Source: an uncultured Clostridia bacterium
GTDB lineage: Bacteria > Bacillota > Clostridia > Christensenellales > UBA3700
DNA length: 64,000 nt
Direction of reading: 5' to 3'
Assembly (NCBI GenBank): GCA_947037025.1
Contig: CAMQSU010000001.1
Span: 111,522-175,521, forward strand
The notes beneath the pieces were generated by a model. It made no database searches and had not been told where the DNA came from. It worked only from the letters and a program-made list of their open reading frames with translations. Position numbers and translations under genes: made by a program. Below, one piece after another: positions 48,883 through 59,552 of this stretch; position 1 is the stretch's first letter, and each line of letters opens with the position of its first letter.

Positions 48883-51807
48883 ATGAATATATATGATCAC
48901 ATACGTGAAATTAGCGAGTTGAATGATAATGGACAATTAGTGATTTTCGTAGGTGCTGGTGTCTCAAAGAATGTAAAAGGTATGCCTTCATGGAAAGAAC
49001 TAATTAAATCTATGGCTGAATCCATAAATTATACAAAATGTAATAACTGCAAACAAAAGGTTGATGGGTGTAATGATCAATGCAGATTTATAGACCATTT
49101 TTCGGTGGAAGAATTTCTTAAAATTCCACAATACTTATTCAATGAAAATCCAGAATTATATAAGGAAAAGCTTAAAGAAAATGTTAGTGGTGAAATTATA
49201 GATGCTAAATTAAGTGGGCTGATATTTGATATCTTGCCACAGCATATTATTACTACAAATTATGACAAACTATTAGAATCATCAAATAACATCAATAGGC
49301 TTATTTTTGATGTAGTATGTAATGACAAAGAATTAATTTCTTCAGACAGGGCTCGTCACATTATAAAAATGCATGGTGATATTAGTGATATAGATAGTAT
49401 TGTGCTAAAAGAATCTGATTATTTAAATTATAGCCAAAAAAAAATATTAATTGAAACATTTATTAAATCATTAATGATTAATCACACTTTTGTTTTTTTG
49501 GGTTATTCGCTAAATGACAATAATATTAAACAAATAATTAGTTGGATTAATTATTTAAAAGAGCAAAATGGACTAGCGGAGAAAAAAACATTGGGGTACT
49601 TAGTGCTCGATGATGCAACTGTTTCTCAATTGGAACTAGATTATTATGCAAGAAGCGGTATTCAAATAATAAATATAAACAAGCTAGTGCCATGCGAATC
49701 AAGTCCATCTGAATTAGAAGAAATAGGCAAAAGACTTTACACTTTTTTGTTGTTGATAAAAGATGAGAGTTTGTACGATTCATATAACAGAGAAGCTGTT
49801 TTTGCAAAGAAAAGTGAATATTTAAGCAAGTACCCTTTTATTAGCTATCGGAAACTTCTTAAATACATCGGAATAAAATCATACAAGAAAATATCCGGTA
49901 CGTTGCAGCTGCATAATGTGGAAGATTACAAATGGTTGGTGACTAAGTTGCAGTCTGAAAATTCGGTTGGTACTCAAATTAGGAGGTTGTTCCTAAATGC
50001 TGAAATTAATTGGTTGACTTTATTTGAGCCTAAATGCAGCCATAGGATAATTCAACACCATAATGCACAATTAGACGAACTTAATTATAATATATATCTG
50101 GAAAACAGATATTATAAATTGTATGAGACAATAATAAAAGGGGAAAATGATTTCGAAAAGCTATTCTATATTAATAAAATGTATCCTTATAGTAAGCAAG
50201 CAAAAGAAATATTAAATGACATAGGTGCGAATGTTAGTGTGATAGACAACATTGCCAAATTACAATATACATATAACAATACTTTGATGAAAAGTTCCGA
50301 TACATACACCTTTAATTGGAAAGATTACGACGCAATGTTTAGTTCAATTTTGAATAACAAAGAAAAAGAATTATTTCGTTTCTTTAGTGATATTAGAGAT
50401 ACAAACAAGGAAGATCTTGAATTCATGCAAAGTAAGTTATCTAAGTTAATTGATCATTATAAAAACTTTAACACGATTTTTGCATATGGCGGTGATTTAT
50501 CGATTTTATACGATATTCAAAATATCGCTTATGAATATTATGTTTATCATTATGAATATTTTATTTTTTCGGAAAGATTCTATGTAGTGAGAGGCATATT
50601 AAGTCCATATATAGAGGCGATGTTGTGTACGAATGGTAATAGGGGGGAAGCCTACCACCCCTTTGATGAAAGGAAAAAACGCAATGTCGATCGATATGGA
50701 CTTAATAGATATGATATTGATATGATTATAAAGTATATTGATTCCAAGACACTTGAGTTATGGATTCGGAAACATGAAGTAAAGCAGCTTAATATAAATA
50801 ATCCTGAAGGATTTATTCAAGGATTTATTAACTTAATAGATTCGCTGATAAAAATACCGAATGGTTTTTATTTGGGATATGAACAAATGCTAAGCAATTA
50901 TTTGATAGTATGTGCTTATTGTGACTTGACTGATATACAATTAGAAAAAATTATGAGCAGACTGGTAGAGTTATTCGACAATAAAGATCGATTTGATATA
51001 TATTTCGCACGTCCACCATATTACCGAGATAAATTTGAGTATTTTATTAGATTTGTTAAACTTGCTAACTGCAAGACTACACATTTGAGCATAGTTAAGA
51101 TATTATTCAGTAGCAGTAAATTTTTCAGTGATATTTACCCAAATGTAGGATCATATCATATCAATGAGTTAAATTGCTTGCTAGCAATTGGTGAGAATGA
51201 GGAAGAACTTGATATTAACACGATTTTTGAATCCGTCGAAGATATTGCGCAAAAAATAATAATTATTGGTTGTATGAAGGACGTAATTGCTCGAAAAAAC
51301 TTAAAGGATGAATACAAAAAAATTCTACAGGATAATTACAATAAAATTCCTATGTTTGATTTGCTAGGTTTTATTTTTGGCGATTGGATTGATGTTAATG
51401 AAGAAGTAAAAAAGTATTTGCTATCATTAGTTATATCGAATAGCAGAGTAAATAATACAAGGTCATTTCCTGATTATCTCCTTGGCGCAATTGAGATAGT
51501 AGTAGTATGCCACTTAAAGGGCAAAATAAAAGATATTAATTCAATTTCAATGTTTAGGGACGAGGACGAAACCTTAGACTTTCTAATTGAGCCAAATACC
51601 TTCGACTACTCAAAAGTTGATTTATCCAATTATAAATGGCAGAATATTGCCAATTGCAAGAAATATAAAGAGATTTTAATTAATCATAAAAAAGATATAA
51701 TTAAGACAATACAAAAGCATATAGAGGTGAAGACTGTTAGCAGGTTTGAGCTTGGATTTTTATTTAAATTTTTAGTTGAAGAAGAAGAAATGTGGAAATA
51801 TATGTAA
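48883..51807 (+). CDS. defence-associated sirtuin: N-terminal SIR2-like (SIR2_2) domain plus ~700-aa helical C-terminal region, DSR2-like architecture
   Basis: It has LVIFVGAGVSKN (nucleotide loop), HIITTNYDKLLE (TxNxD) and IIKMHGDI (catalytic His), all within the first ~180 aa. The total length is 974 aa from MNIYDH, which follows GGGAGG. Confidence 0.7.
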   Translation: MNIYDHIREISELNDNGQLVIFVGAGVSKNVKGMPSWKELIKSMAESINYTKCNNCKQKVDGCNDQCRFIDHFSVEEFLKIPQYLFNENPELYKEKLKENVSGEIIDAKLSGLIFDILPQHIITTNYDKLLESSNNINRLIFDVVCNDKELISSDRARHIIKMHGDISDIDSIVLKESDYLNYSQKKILIETFIKSLMINHTFVFLGYSLNDNNIKQIISWINYLKEQNGLAEKKTLGYLVLDDATVSQLELDYYARSGIQIININKLVPCESSPSELEEIGKRLYTFLLLIKDESLYDSYNREAVFAKKSEYLSKYPFISYRKLLKYIGIKSYKKISGTLQLHNVEDYKWLVTKLQSENSVGTQIRRLFLNAEINWLTLFEPKCSHRIIQHHNAQLDELNYNIYLENRYYKLYETIIKGENDFEKLFYINKMYPYSKQAKEILNDIGANVSVIDNIAKLQYTYNNTLMKSSDTYTFNWKDYDAMFSSILNNKEKELFRFFSDIRDTNKEDLEFMQSKLSKLIDHYKNFNTIFAYGGDLSILYDIQNIAYEYYVYHYEYFIFSERFYVVRGILSPYIEAMLCTNGNRGEAYHPFDERKKRNVDRYGLNRYDIDMIIKYIDSKTLELWIRKHEVKQLNINNPEGFIQGFINLIDSLIKIPNGFYLGYEQMLSNYLIVCAYCDLTDIQLEKIMSRLVELFDNKDRFDIYFARPPYYRDKFEYFIRFVKLANCKTTHLSIVKILFSSSKFFSDIYPNVGSYHINELNCLLAIGENEEELDINTIFESVEDIAQKIIIIGCMKDVIARKNLKDEYKKILQDNYNKIPMFDLLGFIFGDWIDVNEEVKKYLLSLVISNSRVNNTRSFPDYLLGAIEIVVVCHLKGKIKDINSISMFRDEDETLDFLIEPNTFDYSKVDLSNYKWQNIANCKKYKEILINHKKDIIKTIQKHIEVKTVSRFELGFLFKFLVEEEEMWKYM

Positions 51808-52312
51808 ACAGACATGATCTTTTTCAATGCTTAGTGAAATGAAGTGTTTTTCACGTATGAAATAAGCGTGTGGCTTTTATACCACGCGATTGTTTTATTT
51901 GTAAATGCATACATTTTTATAAACTTGTTGCTGTGATTCAGGGTAATACTGTAAACTTTATTAATCTGATAATAACATTATTTTGACCGATTAATCAATC
52001 TATCATAAATTTGAAGATAATTGCGTTATTTCAGTACTCGAGCTTGTAAAGTAGATAATATTATGATATAATATACTAAGATATTAAGTGTCTGAAATAA
52101 TTAAGTAATATTATAGTTTAACAGTTAAGGCATATAGGAAAGATTACGAGCGTTTCAAATAGGGATTTAGTAATGTATGATACAAAACAAAAAGAGCAAA
52201 GTGTTTGTTTGGAAAATTATAGATGGAAAGAGGGCAGGAATCATAGGATGATATCCATACCTCTTTACTGAAATCTTTGCAAGTAATTATGGTAAAAATA
52301 GGAGGGGAATAA

Positions 52313-53236
52313 ATGTATTTTAAACCAAGAATATTTATTAGTTCGACGATGACTGACAAGTTGCAACTAAGGGCGAAAATTAAGTCTTTTTTCAGCTCAA
52401 TCGGGGCTGAGGTTGCATTATATGAAAAAGACTTAACTCCATCGATTGATAAAATGACTTATAGACAAGACATCTTAGCAACAGATTTTGTTATATTTAT
52501 CATTGATGATAAATATGGAAATAAAACAGACGCGGGTATTTCCGGAACGCAAGAAGAGTTCGAGATTGTATGTAAAAACAAAAAGCCTTGTCATGTATAT
52601 CTCAAATTAATCGAAAAAACAGATGAAGCAAATAGGTTTGAAAGGTTAATTATACAGAAAGGGTTTTCGGTTTATTATTATAAAGATAACAAAGATCTTC
52701 TAAGTAAAATTAAATCCACATCTTTTACTTTGGCTAAAAACATAGTAGATTTTAATATTATTAATCAAGGTGTTGATCCTGCTGTATTGTCTTATTTGGC
52801 AGTTAAAAATGATTATGGTGAAGCGTTAATTTATTGTAAGATCTTTGAAAGGGTGTTGGAAATATCGCGCGCTACCGGGTTTGATTGTTTGAATTCTAAC
52901 TTGTTAATTGCTACGATGGAAGATATCGTTGAAAACAAATTATGTAGGAGTCCTAAATTCATTGATAAAAAATTGGATGAATTAGTGAATAAATTCTGCG
53001 AATCTATTAGTCATGCTATGCAACAAATAGGGAGTAAATCTGTTCCTAATAGTAACGTGATTTCTTATGAATTTCCATATGTGGGTCAAATAAGTTTGTC
53101 TAGAAATATTTGGAATCCAGTAATTGACCATGATTGGCAAGAACCAGCGGTCCAAGATATCAATTTTACGTATCGTGAGTGTAAAAATTATATTGCTAAC
53201 ATGGGATTAGAGGCTGATATACTAAAGTCATTGTAG
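52313..53236 (+). CDS. DUF4062-like (TIR/nucleoside-deoxyribosyltransferase-like fold) domain protein with unknown C-terminal domain
   Basis: The N-terminus reads RIFISSTMTDKLQLRAKIKSFFSSIGAEVALYE...ATDFVIFIIDDKYG...GISGTQEEFE, which is the pattern I recall for DUF4062. It has an AGGAGG RBS and its own terminator. Confidence 0.5.
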   Translation: MYFKPRIFISSTMTDKLQLRAKIKSFFSSIGAEVALYEKDLTPSIDKMTYRQDILATDFVIFIIDDKYGNKTDAGISGTQEEFEIVCKNKKPCHVYLKLIEKTDEANRFERLIIQKGFSVYYYKDNKDLLSKIKSTSFTLAKNIVDFNIINQGVDPAVLSYLAVKNDYGEALIYCKIFERVLEISRATGFDCLNSNLLIATMEDIVENKLCRSPKFIDKKLDELVNKFCESISHAMQQIGSKSVPNSNVISYEFPYVGQISLSRNIWNPVIDHDWQEPAVQDINFTYRECKNYIANMGLEADILKSL

Positions 53237-53286
53237 GATAGGAACATTTTTACAATGTTATAAATATAATATTAGATAAATGAATA

Positions 53287-53319
53287 AGTGGATGCTAATT
53301 ACTATAGCATCCACTTTTT
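53287..53319 (+). terminator. rho-independent terminator after the DUF4062-like gene
   Basis: AGTGGATGCTA / TAGCATCCACT perfect 11-bp stem, followed by a T5 run. Confidence 0.85.
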
Positions 53320-53408
53320 ATAATATATATCGGTAATTGTCTTGATTTTATGTAAAAATAGTGTTATAATGGGATAATATAACGCAAATCAGTTGCATAG
53401 GAGAAAAG

Positions 53409-55349
53409 ATGAAAAAAACATTTTCAATTAATAATAGGCGATATCTAGGAAATAAGTTCAAATTAAATGATTTCATCACGGGTGTAGTGAATTCTGAGTG
53501 CGTTGGTATTAATACGGTTGCGGATATTTTTTCTGGTACTGGAGCAGTTGCTTCTGCATTCTTGGATAAGAAAATTATTACTAATGATATCTTATATTCC
53601 AACTATATATGTCACTATGCATGGTTCAGTCCAGAAAAATTCAGCGTAAAGAAGATTGCTGGTTACATTAATAATTATAATGGATTTGATCAATTATCCG
53701 GAAATTATATGTCTGATAACTTTTCTGATACGTTTTTCAGTAATGTTAACTGTATGAAAATCGGATATATTAGAGAAAATATAGAGCACGAATTCAGTGC
53801 TGGAAATATGAATAAAAGAGAAAGAGCGTTGTTGATTTGCTCGTTGTTATATGCTATGGATAGAATAGCAAATACTTGTGGGCATTATGATGCGTATAGA
53901 AAAGATGGTGATTTAGATAGATCATTAGAACTGTTAATGCCTCTCCTTGAAATTAATAATAATGCAAATAACTTGTGTTTTAATGAGGATACTAATGAAT
54001 TAATTAAAAAAATTGAAGTCGATTTAGTGTATATAGACCCACCATACAATTCAAGGCAATATTGCGATGCTTATCACTTATTGGAGAATGTCGCTAGATG
54101 GGATAAGCCTTTAGTTAAAGGTGTGGCTAGAAAAATGGACAGGGCCGAGCTAAAAAGTGATTACTGCACGAAAGCTGCGCCGTTAGCATTTGAAGAGTTG
54201 GTTTCTAATATTAAAGCTAAATACATACTTCTCTCATATAATAATATGGGTGAAAAGGGTAATGACAGATCAAATGCAAAATTATCGGATGAAGATATTA
54301 TGAGAATACTATCTTCTAAAGGCAAGGTGAAGATATTCAAGAAAGAGTACAAATCATTTACTGCAGGTAAGTCAAGTATAATTGATAATGAGGAAAGGTT
54401 GTTTTTATGCGAGTGCTATGATTATGAAAGTAAAGAGTTAATTCAATCACCACTAAATTATGTGGGAGGAAAATATAAATTATTGCCTCAAATATTGCCG
54501 CATTTTCCGAAACATTACTCTCAATTTATTGATTTAATGTGTGGCGGTGGAAATGTAGGTATAAATGTGAATTGTAATAAAGTAGTATTTAATGATTGTA
54601 ACAAGTTGTTGAGATTTATGTTTGGTACATTTAAAAGCTTAGATAAGGATATAATTTTTGAAACAATTGATAGAATTATTGAAGATTATAACTTGTCAAA
54701 TACAGCTGCTCATGGATACTCGTACTATGGATGTAATAGTAAAGATGGTTTAGGACAGCACAATGAAGCTGGATACAAAAAACTGAGACAAGATTTTAAC
54801 AATGTTGCTAAATTAGAATATAATTACTACATAGTTTTATATGTTATAATCGTATATGCATTTAATAATCAAATACGTTTTAATAAAAAAGGTGAATATA
54901 ATTTACCAGTAGGTAAGAGGGATTTTAATTGCAAAATGAGAAATAAGTTGTCTAAATTTGTTGATCGACTTAAAAACGGCGATTTTACATTGGCAAGCGA
55001 TGACTTTAGAGAATTAGATAAAAGCAGTTGGGATAAAAATACATTTGTATATATTGATCCACCATATTTAATTGGGTGCGCAACATACAATGAACAGGGC
55101 GGTTGGACAGAAAAATCTGAGCAGGAACTATTAAAATATTTGGATGAATTGCATTGTAAGGGTATAAAGTTCGCACTTTCTAATGTTTTTTCTAGTAAGG
55201 GAAAGACGAATGATATATTAAAAAATTGGGCAAAGGTAAATGCTGATAAATATAGAGTTATTTATTTAAATTATAGTTATTCAAATTCAAATTATCAAAT
55301 CAAGGATAAAATATCTCCGACTGAAGAAGTGTTGATAGTAAATTATTAA
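53409..55349 (+). CDS. fused double N6-adenine DNA methyltransferase (two Dam/D12-class domains), type IIS-like
   Basis: Domain 1 has RRYLGNKFKL...FSGTGAV...VYIDPPYNSRQY. Domain 2 has LNYVGGKYKLLP...MCGGGNVG...VYIDPPYLIG. Both AdoMet and DPPY motifs are therefore present twice in one 646-aa chain. Confidence 0.85.
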   Translation: MKKTFSINNRRYLGNKFKLNDFITGVVNSECVGINTVADIFSGTGAVASAFLDKKIITNDILYSNYICHYAWFSPEKFSVKKIAGYINNYNGFDQLSGNYMSDNFSDTFFSNVNCMKIGYIRENIEHEFSAGNMNKRERALLICSLLYAMDRIANTCGHYDAYRKDGDLDRSLELLMPLLEINNNANNLCFNEDTNELIKKIEVDLVYIDPPYNSRQYCDAYHLLENVARWDKPLVKGVARKMDRAELKSDYCTKAAPLAFEELVSNIKAKYILLSYNNMGEKGNDRSNAKLSDEDIMRILSSKGKVKIFKKEYKSFTAGKSSIIDNEERLFLCECYDYESKELIQSPLNYVGGKYKLLPQILPHFPKHYSQFIDLMCGGGNVGINVNCNKVVFNDCNKLLRFMFGTFKSLDKDIIFETIDRIIEDYNLSNTAAHGYSYYGCNSKDGLGQHNEAGYKKLRQDFNNVAKLEYNYYIVLYVIIVYAFNNQIRFNKKGEYNLPVGKRDFNCKMRNKLSKFVDRLKNGDFTLASDDFRELDKSSWDKNTFVYIDPPYLIGCATYNEQGGWTEKSEQELLKYLDELHCKGIKFALSNVFSSKGKTNDILKNWAKVNADKYRVIYLNYSYSNSNYQIKDKISPTEEVLIVNY

Positions 55350-55358
55350 GGAGGAATT

Positions 55359-57344
55359 ATGAGCGAGATTAAATTTAAAAGTTATTGCTGGTGTGTAGGA
55401 ACTACTAGTTATAGGACTAAAAATTACGGTTTAAGTATAGAATTGCAATTAGATTTATTGGATAGATTTTTGCAACTCGAAAGCAGTCAAAATCAAGACT
55501 GGAGAGAATTGCAAGCTGCTTACTATTACTACTTGAAAAAAAACGGGTTTGTACAGGGTGATGCATTACGTCCAGATAAAGATGCTCGTGAAAAAACTTC
55601 AGGTATGGTTGATATAGGGCTATTGACTCAGCAAAGAAAATTGACAGAAGCCGGTGAGGCATTGCTGTTAATGAGTCGTAATAAAGATTTTAATGATGGT
55701 AATGAAATGCAAATACAAGCAGATAGTTATTTGTATTTTAAACAGTTGCTGAAGACTTCTATAACAGTAGAAGGTAAGATAATCAGACCATTTATAGTGT
55801 TCCTTTATTTATCGTCCAAATTAGATGGATTATCTATTGAAGAATTTGCATACTTCATGCCGATGTGTGTAGATAATATTACTACTCAGCGCATTATTGA
55901 AGAGATTAAGTTGTTTAGACTTGGTAAGGTAGACTTAGATGATGCGATATTTAGTGTAGTTGAAAAGATGGACAACTATGTTAGTGCTTTTGATTTGTTA
56001 TCTAAAAGCACAGTCGTTGATGCAGATCTAATTTGCACAATTGGGTTTAACCGTAAAAGCAAGTCGGTAGCAAAGTATGATACTATATTCTTAGATATAT
56101 ATAATGCTTTAAATAACATATATATTAAAGAGGATAATGACGTATCGGAGTTATATGAAGCAATTTGTAAGATTAAGGGCAACACTAAAGTGCTTTGGAA
56201 AAAGAAGTTTTTTGGCAAAAATATCAAAAGCTTAATATTGGAACAGGGAAAGTCAATAATGCAACATACTGAGTTCGATTCCGCTAAAACAGTACAGGAT
56301 ATAAAAAGATTATTTTTTAAGACATTGCATACATTTAAAGTTAAAGCAACACTTGCTGATTACAAGGACCTGAACAGAAGATATTTCATGTTATCTGATT
56401 GTATATTGTTCAAAGATGGGCGCGTTGAAATTGATGTTTTGCCAAAAGCATATATTAAACCAATCATAGATGGATTATATAATCAGGCATACATAAAGTT
56501 TGATCTTAAAGGTCAGGATTTGCCTTTATATGAAATTGACAATAATTTCAAAACTTCTTTGAGTGGATTATATAAGGAATTAAGTAATTCATTGGGCGTG
56601 ACTGTTTCAAATGCTGAAGAAGCAAAGAATATAGTTAGGGATGTACGATACAGCAGGTTTAATCAAATGTTAGATGAGAAATATAGTAAGAGCCAATTGG
56701 TTAATCTACTAAGCATGTTTGAGGATCGAAGCGATGACGAGTTGAATAAATACATAACTGATGCAGCGCTAGTACCTACATTATATGAATATATTGTAGG
56801 TATAGCTTGGTATCAAATCAGCGAACGACAAGGCGATATTTTAGAATATATTAATTTATCTTTAGATGCTAATTTATTGCCAAAGTCCCATGCTGGAGGA
56901 TTAATGGCTGACATTGTGTATCAGTATGAAGCTAATCAGTACTATCCTAAACATTCATTATTAATTGAAGCAACATTAAGTGAGAAAGGTGGGCAACGAA
57001 TAATGGAGATGGAGCCTGTTTCTAGACATCTAGGAGAATATTCTATTGCTAATAAGGGGAGTGAATGTTATTGTGTATTTGCTCCCACAAACTTAAATCC
57101 AAATATAGTGTGTGATTTCAGAATGAGAAAAAATGCTTCGTATGTTAAATTTGATGGAACAGATAGTATTAGAGGACTAAAGATTATACCTTTTGCAAGC
57201 AGTGAATTAAAAACAGCTTTAATTAATGATATTAGTTACAAGAGTTTATATGAAATTTTTGCTGATGCACACAATTCAGAGGCCGAAGATATAGACTGGT
57301 ACGCGGCGGAAATTGTGGACAGGCTAAATCTATGCGTTCAATAG
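55359..57344 (+). CDS. putative type IIS restriction endonuclease (AlwI-family-like), partner of the double methylase
   Basis: It starts 9 nt after the methylase stop, with an AAGGAGG RBS, and is 661 aa. The N-terminal W.VGTTSYR...KDAREKTSGMVDIGLL resembles what I recall of the AlwI/MlyI/N.BstNBI family. The C-terminal region has a D...E.(T/K)-type candidate (LMADIVY...LLIEATL). The call rests mainly on context. Confidence 0.5.
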   Translation: MSEIKFKSYCWCVGTTSYRTKNYGLSIELQLDLLDRFLQLESSQNQDWRELQAAYYYYLKKNGFVQGDALRPDKDAREKTSGMVDIGLLTQQRKLTEAGEALLLMSRNKDFNDGNEMQIQADSYLYFKQLLKTSITVEGKIIRPFIVFLYLSSKLDGLSIEEFAYFMPMCVDNITTQRIIEEIKLFRLGKVDLDDAIFSVVEKMDNYVSAFDLLSKSTVVDADLICTIGFNRKSKSVAKYDTIFLDIYNALNNIYIKEDNDVSELYEAICKIKGNTKVLWKKKFFGKNIKSLILEQGKSIMQHTEFDSAKTVQDIKRLFFKTLHTFKVKATLADYKDLNRRYFMLSDCILFKDGRVEIDVLPKAYIKPIIDGLYNQAYIKFDLKGQDLPLYEIDNNFKTSLSGLYKELSNSLGVTVSNAEEAKNIVRDVRYSRFNQMLDEKYSKSQLVNLLSMFEDRSDDELNKYITDAALVPTLYEYIVGIAWYQISERQGDILEYINLSLDANLLPKSHAGGLMADIVYQYEANQYYPKHSLLIEATLSEKGGQRIMEMEPVSRHLGEYSIANKGSECYCVFAPTNLNPNIVCDFRMRKNASYVKFDGTDSIRGLKIIPFASSELKTALINDISYKSLYEIFADAHNSEAEDIDWYAAEIVDRLNLCVQ

Positions 57345-57491
57345 AAATAATAAGCAAGCTTTTTCAATATGTGTAAAAGAAATAAATAAATTGACACAAA
57401 TTACAAAGCTGCAAGTCATTAATACGGGTTATAACAAAGAAAATTGCATATCGAAAATTGTTGGTCGCATAGAATGATTAAAGGAGAAATA

Positions 57492-59552
57492 ATGGAGAAA
57501 GAAAATAAGTTGTTTGACAGAGCGAATAAAATATTAGTAGAATTATTTGGAGAAAATGCAATTTTTAGAGATGGTCAATTCGAAGCCATAGAAGCCGTAA
57601 ATATAAACACAAGGACGATTGTAGTACAAAAAACGGGTTGGGGAAAAAGTCTAGTTTACTTTTTGTCAACAAAGATTTTTAGAGAAGATGGCAAAGGTGT
57701 AACAATAATTATCAGTCCTTTGTTAACTTTGATGGCTAATCAAGTTGATTCAGCAAAAGTATATGGCTTGAATTGTGAAATTATGAATTCAACTAATAAA
57801 AATTGTCATGCTGAAATATTCGCAAAACTAAAATCAAATGAAGTTGATGTATTGTTCACTACTCCTGAAACATTATTTAGTGCAATTAAAAAAGAATTAA
57901 CTAATATTAAAATAGGATTTCTCGTTATTGATGAAGTTCATTGCATATCGGATTGGGGGCATGATTTTAGGCTTGAATATTGTAAATTGAAAGAAATTAT
58001 AGGATTGTTGCCTCAAAATGTGCCAATATTAGGAACAACAGCAACAGCAAATGATAGAGTTGTCTCTGATTTGAAAGATCAATTTGGTAGTGATGTGTAC
58101 ATATCAAGAGGTCCATTGACTAGAGAATCGTTAGCAATAGATGTCATCAAAATGCCTGATAAAGCGAGTAGATATGCATGGATATTAGACAATATTAACA
58201 AATTAGATGGTAGTGGTATAATATATTGTTTAACCAAAATGGATTGTGGATATTTGACTGAATTTCTTGATAAAAATGGTGTATCGGCAATGTGGTATTG
58301 TTCAAATAACAATGCAGAAGAATATCTATTTGAAGCTGAAAGAAAGTTCATGAATAATGAGATAAAAGTGCTCGTTGCAACTATTAAGTTAGGTATGGGA
58401 TATGACAAAGGCGATATAGGATTTGTTATACACTATCAAATGCCAAGTAATGTTGTAGCTTATTATCAACAAATTGGACGTGCTGGTAGAAATATTGACA
58501 AAGCATATGCGATAATGTTAACAGGAAAAGAGGATTCTAGTATTACTAATCATTTTATTAATAATGCTTTCCCATCAAGGAAAGAGGTTGAAAATATTAA
58601 GACTTTGTTAGAAGAAACTAATGGAATGAAAATTGCAGAAATATTATCAAAAGTTAATATTAATCGAAAGAGAGCTTTAAAAGCGATTGAATTTTTAGAA
58701 AAAGATGGTTATATTTTTAAAGAGAATCATTCCTATTATTTGTCACCTAAACCATTCTATTATGATGAAGAAAAATATACTGCTTTAAAAAATATACGAA
58801 ATAGAGAATATTCGGACATGCAGTCATTAATAGAGAGAACTGAATGTTTGAGCAAGTTTGTAGTTAATAGATTAGATGATAATACTGCTGTTAATTGTGG
58901 TAAATGTTCGAATTGTATAGGTCATCATATATTATCTGAAAAAGTTAATGTCGAAAAACTCGAAATTAGTCAAGAATATATTAAAAGTTTGAAAATGCTA
59001 ATTGAGCCAAGGAAGCAATGGACAGATAGAAAACGTTTGACTTATTTTAATTATCAAGGCATTGCGTTGTCTAGATATGGCGATATAGGATATGGCGAAT
59101 TAGTTAAAAGAGATAAGTATTCTAATCAAAAGAGGTTTTGTGATGAATTAGTTGGCAAAAGCAGAGAGTTGCTAATGCCTTATATTAAAGATCATAATAT
59201 TACTCACATCACTTCTATTCCGTCATTAAGAAGCAATATTGTAACTGATTTTGCGAAGAGGTTAGCAAGCGTATGTAAATTGGAATATGTTGAGTTATTA
59301 AGCAAAGTAGTACGTGATAATGATTTTCAGCAAAAAGATATGGAAAATTCATCATTTCAAGAGCGTAACGCTATAGAATCATTCGAATTTATAGAAGGAA
59401 GAAGTGTTCCTTTAAATATTATTCTAATTGATGATGTTGTTGATTCAAAATGGACTCTTACAGTATGTGGGCACAAATTGATGGAACATGGATGCAAGTT
59501 AGTGTTCCCGTATGCACTAGCTGATAGTTCGCAAGGAGGTAGCAATGAATAG
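57492..59552 (+). CDS. RecQ-family helicase fused to a C-terminal ComFC-like phosphoribosyltransferase domain
   Basis: RecQ motifs are present: QKTGWGKSLVY, IDEVHCISDWGHDFR, GTTATA and QQIGRAGR, plus the Zn motif CGKCSNC. The C-terminus carries the PRPP-loop motif NIILIDDVVDSKWTL. The start is at MEKENK, after AAGGAG. Confidence 0.8.
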   Translation: MEKENKLFDRANKILVELFGENAIFRDGQFEAIEAVNINTRTIVVQKTGWGKSLVYFLSTKIFREDGKGVTIIISPLLTLMANQVDSAKVYGLNCEIMNSTNKNCHAEIFAKLKSNEVDVLFTTPETLFSAIKKELTNIKIGFLVIDEVHCISDWGHDFRLEYCKLKEIIGLLPQNVPILGTTATANDRVVSDLKDQFGSDVYISRGPLTRESLAIDVIKMPDKASRYAWILDNINKLDGSGIIYCLTKMDCGYLTEFLDKNGVSAMWYCSNNNAEEYLFEAERKFMNNEIKVLVATIKLGMGYDKGDIGFVIHYQMPSNVVAYYQQIGRAGRNIDKAYAIMLTGKEDSSITNHFINNAFPSRKEVENIKTLLEETNGMKIAEILSKVNINRKRALKAIEFLEKDGYIFKENHSYYLSPKPFYYDEEKYTALKNIRNREYSDMQSLIERTECLSKFVVNRLDDNTAVNCGKCSNCIGHHILSEKVNVEKLEISQEYIKSLKMLIEPRKQWTDRKRLTYFNYQGIALSRYGDIGYGELVKRDKYSNQKRFCDELVGKSRELLMPYIKDHNITHITSIPSLRSNIVTDFAKRLASVCKLEYVELLSKVVRDNDFQQKDMENSSFQERNAIESFEFIEGRSVPLNIILIDDVVDSKWTLTVCGHKLMEHGCKLVFPYALADSSQGGSNE

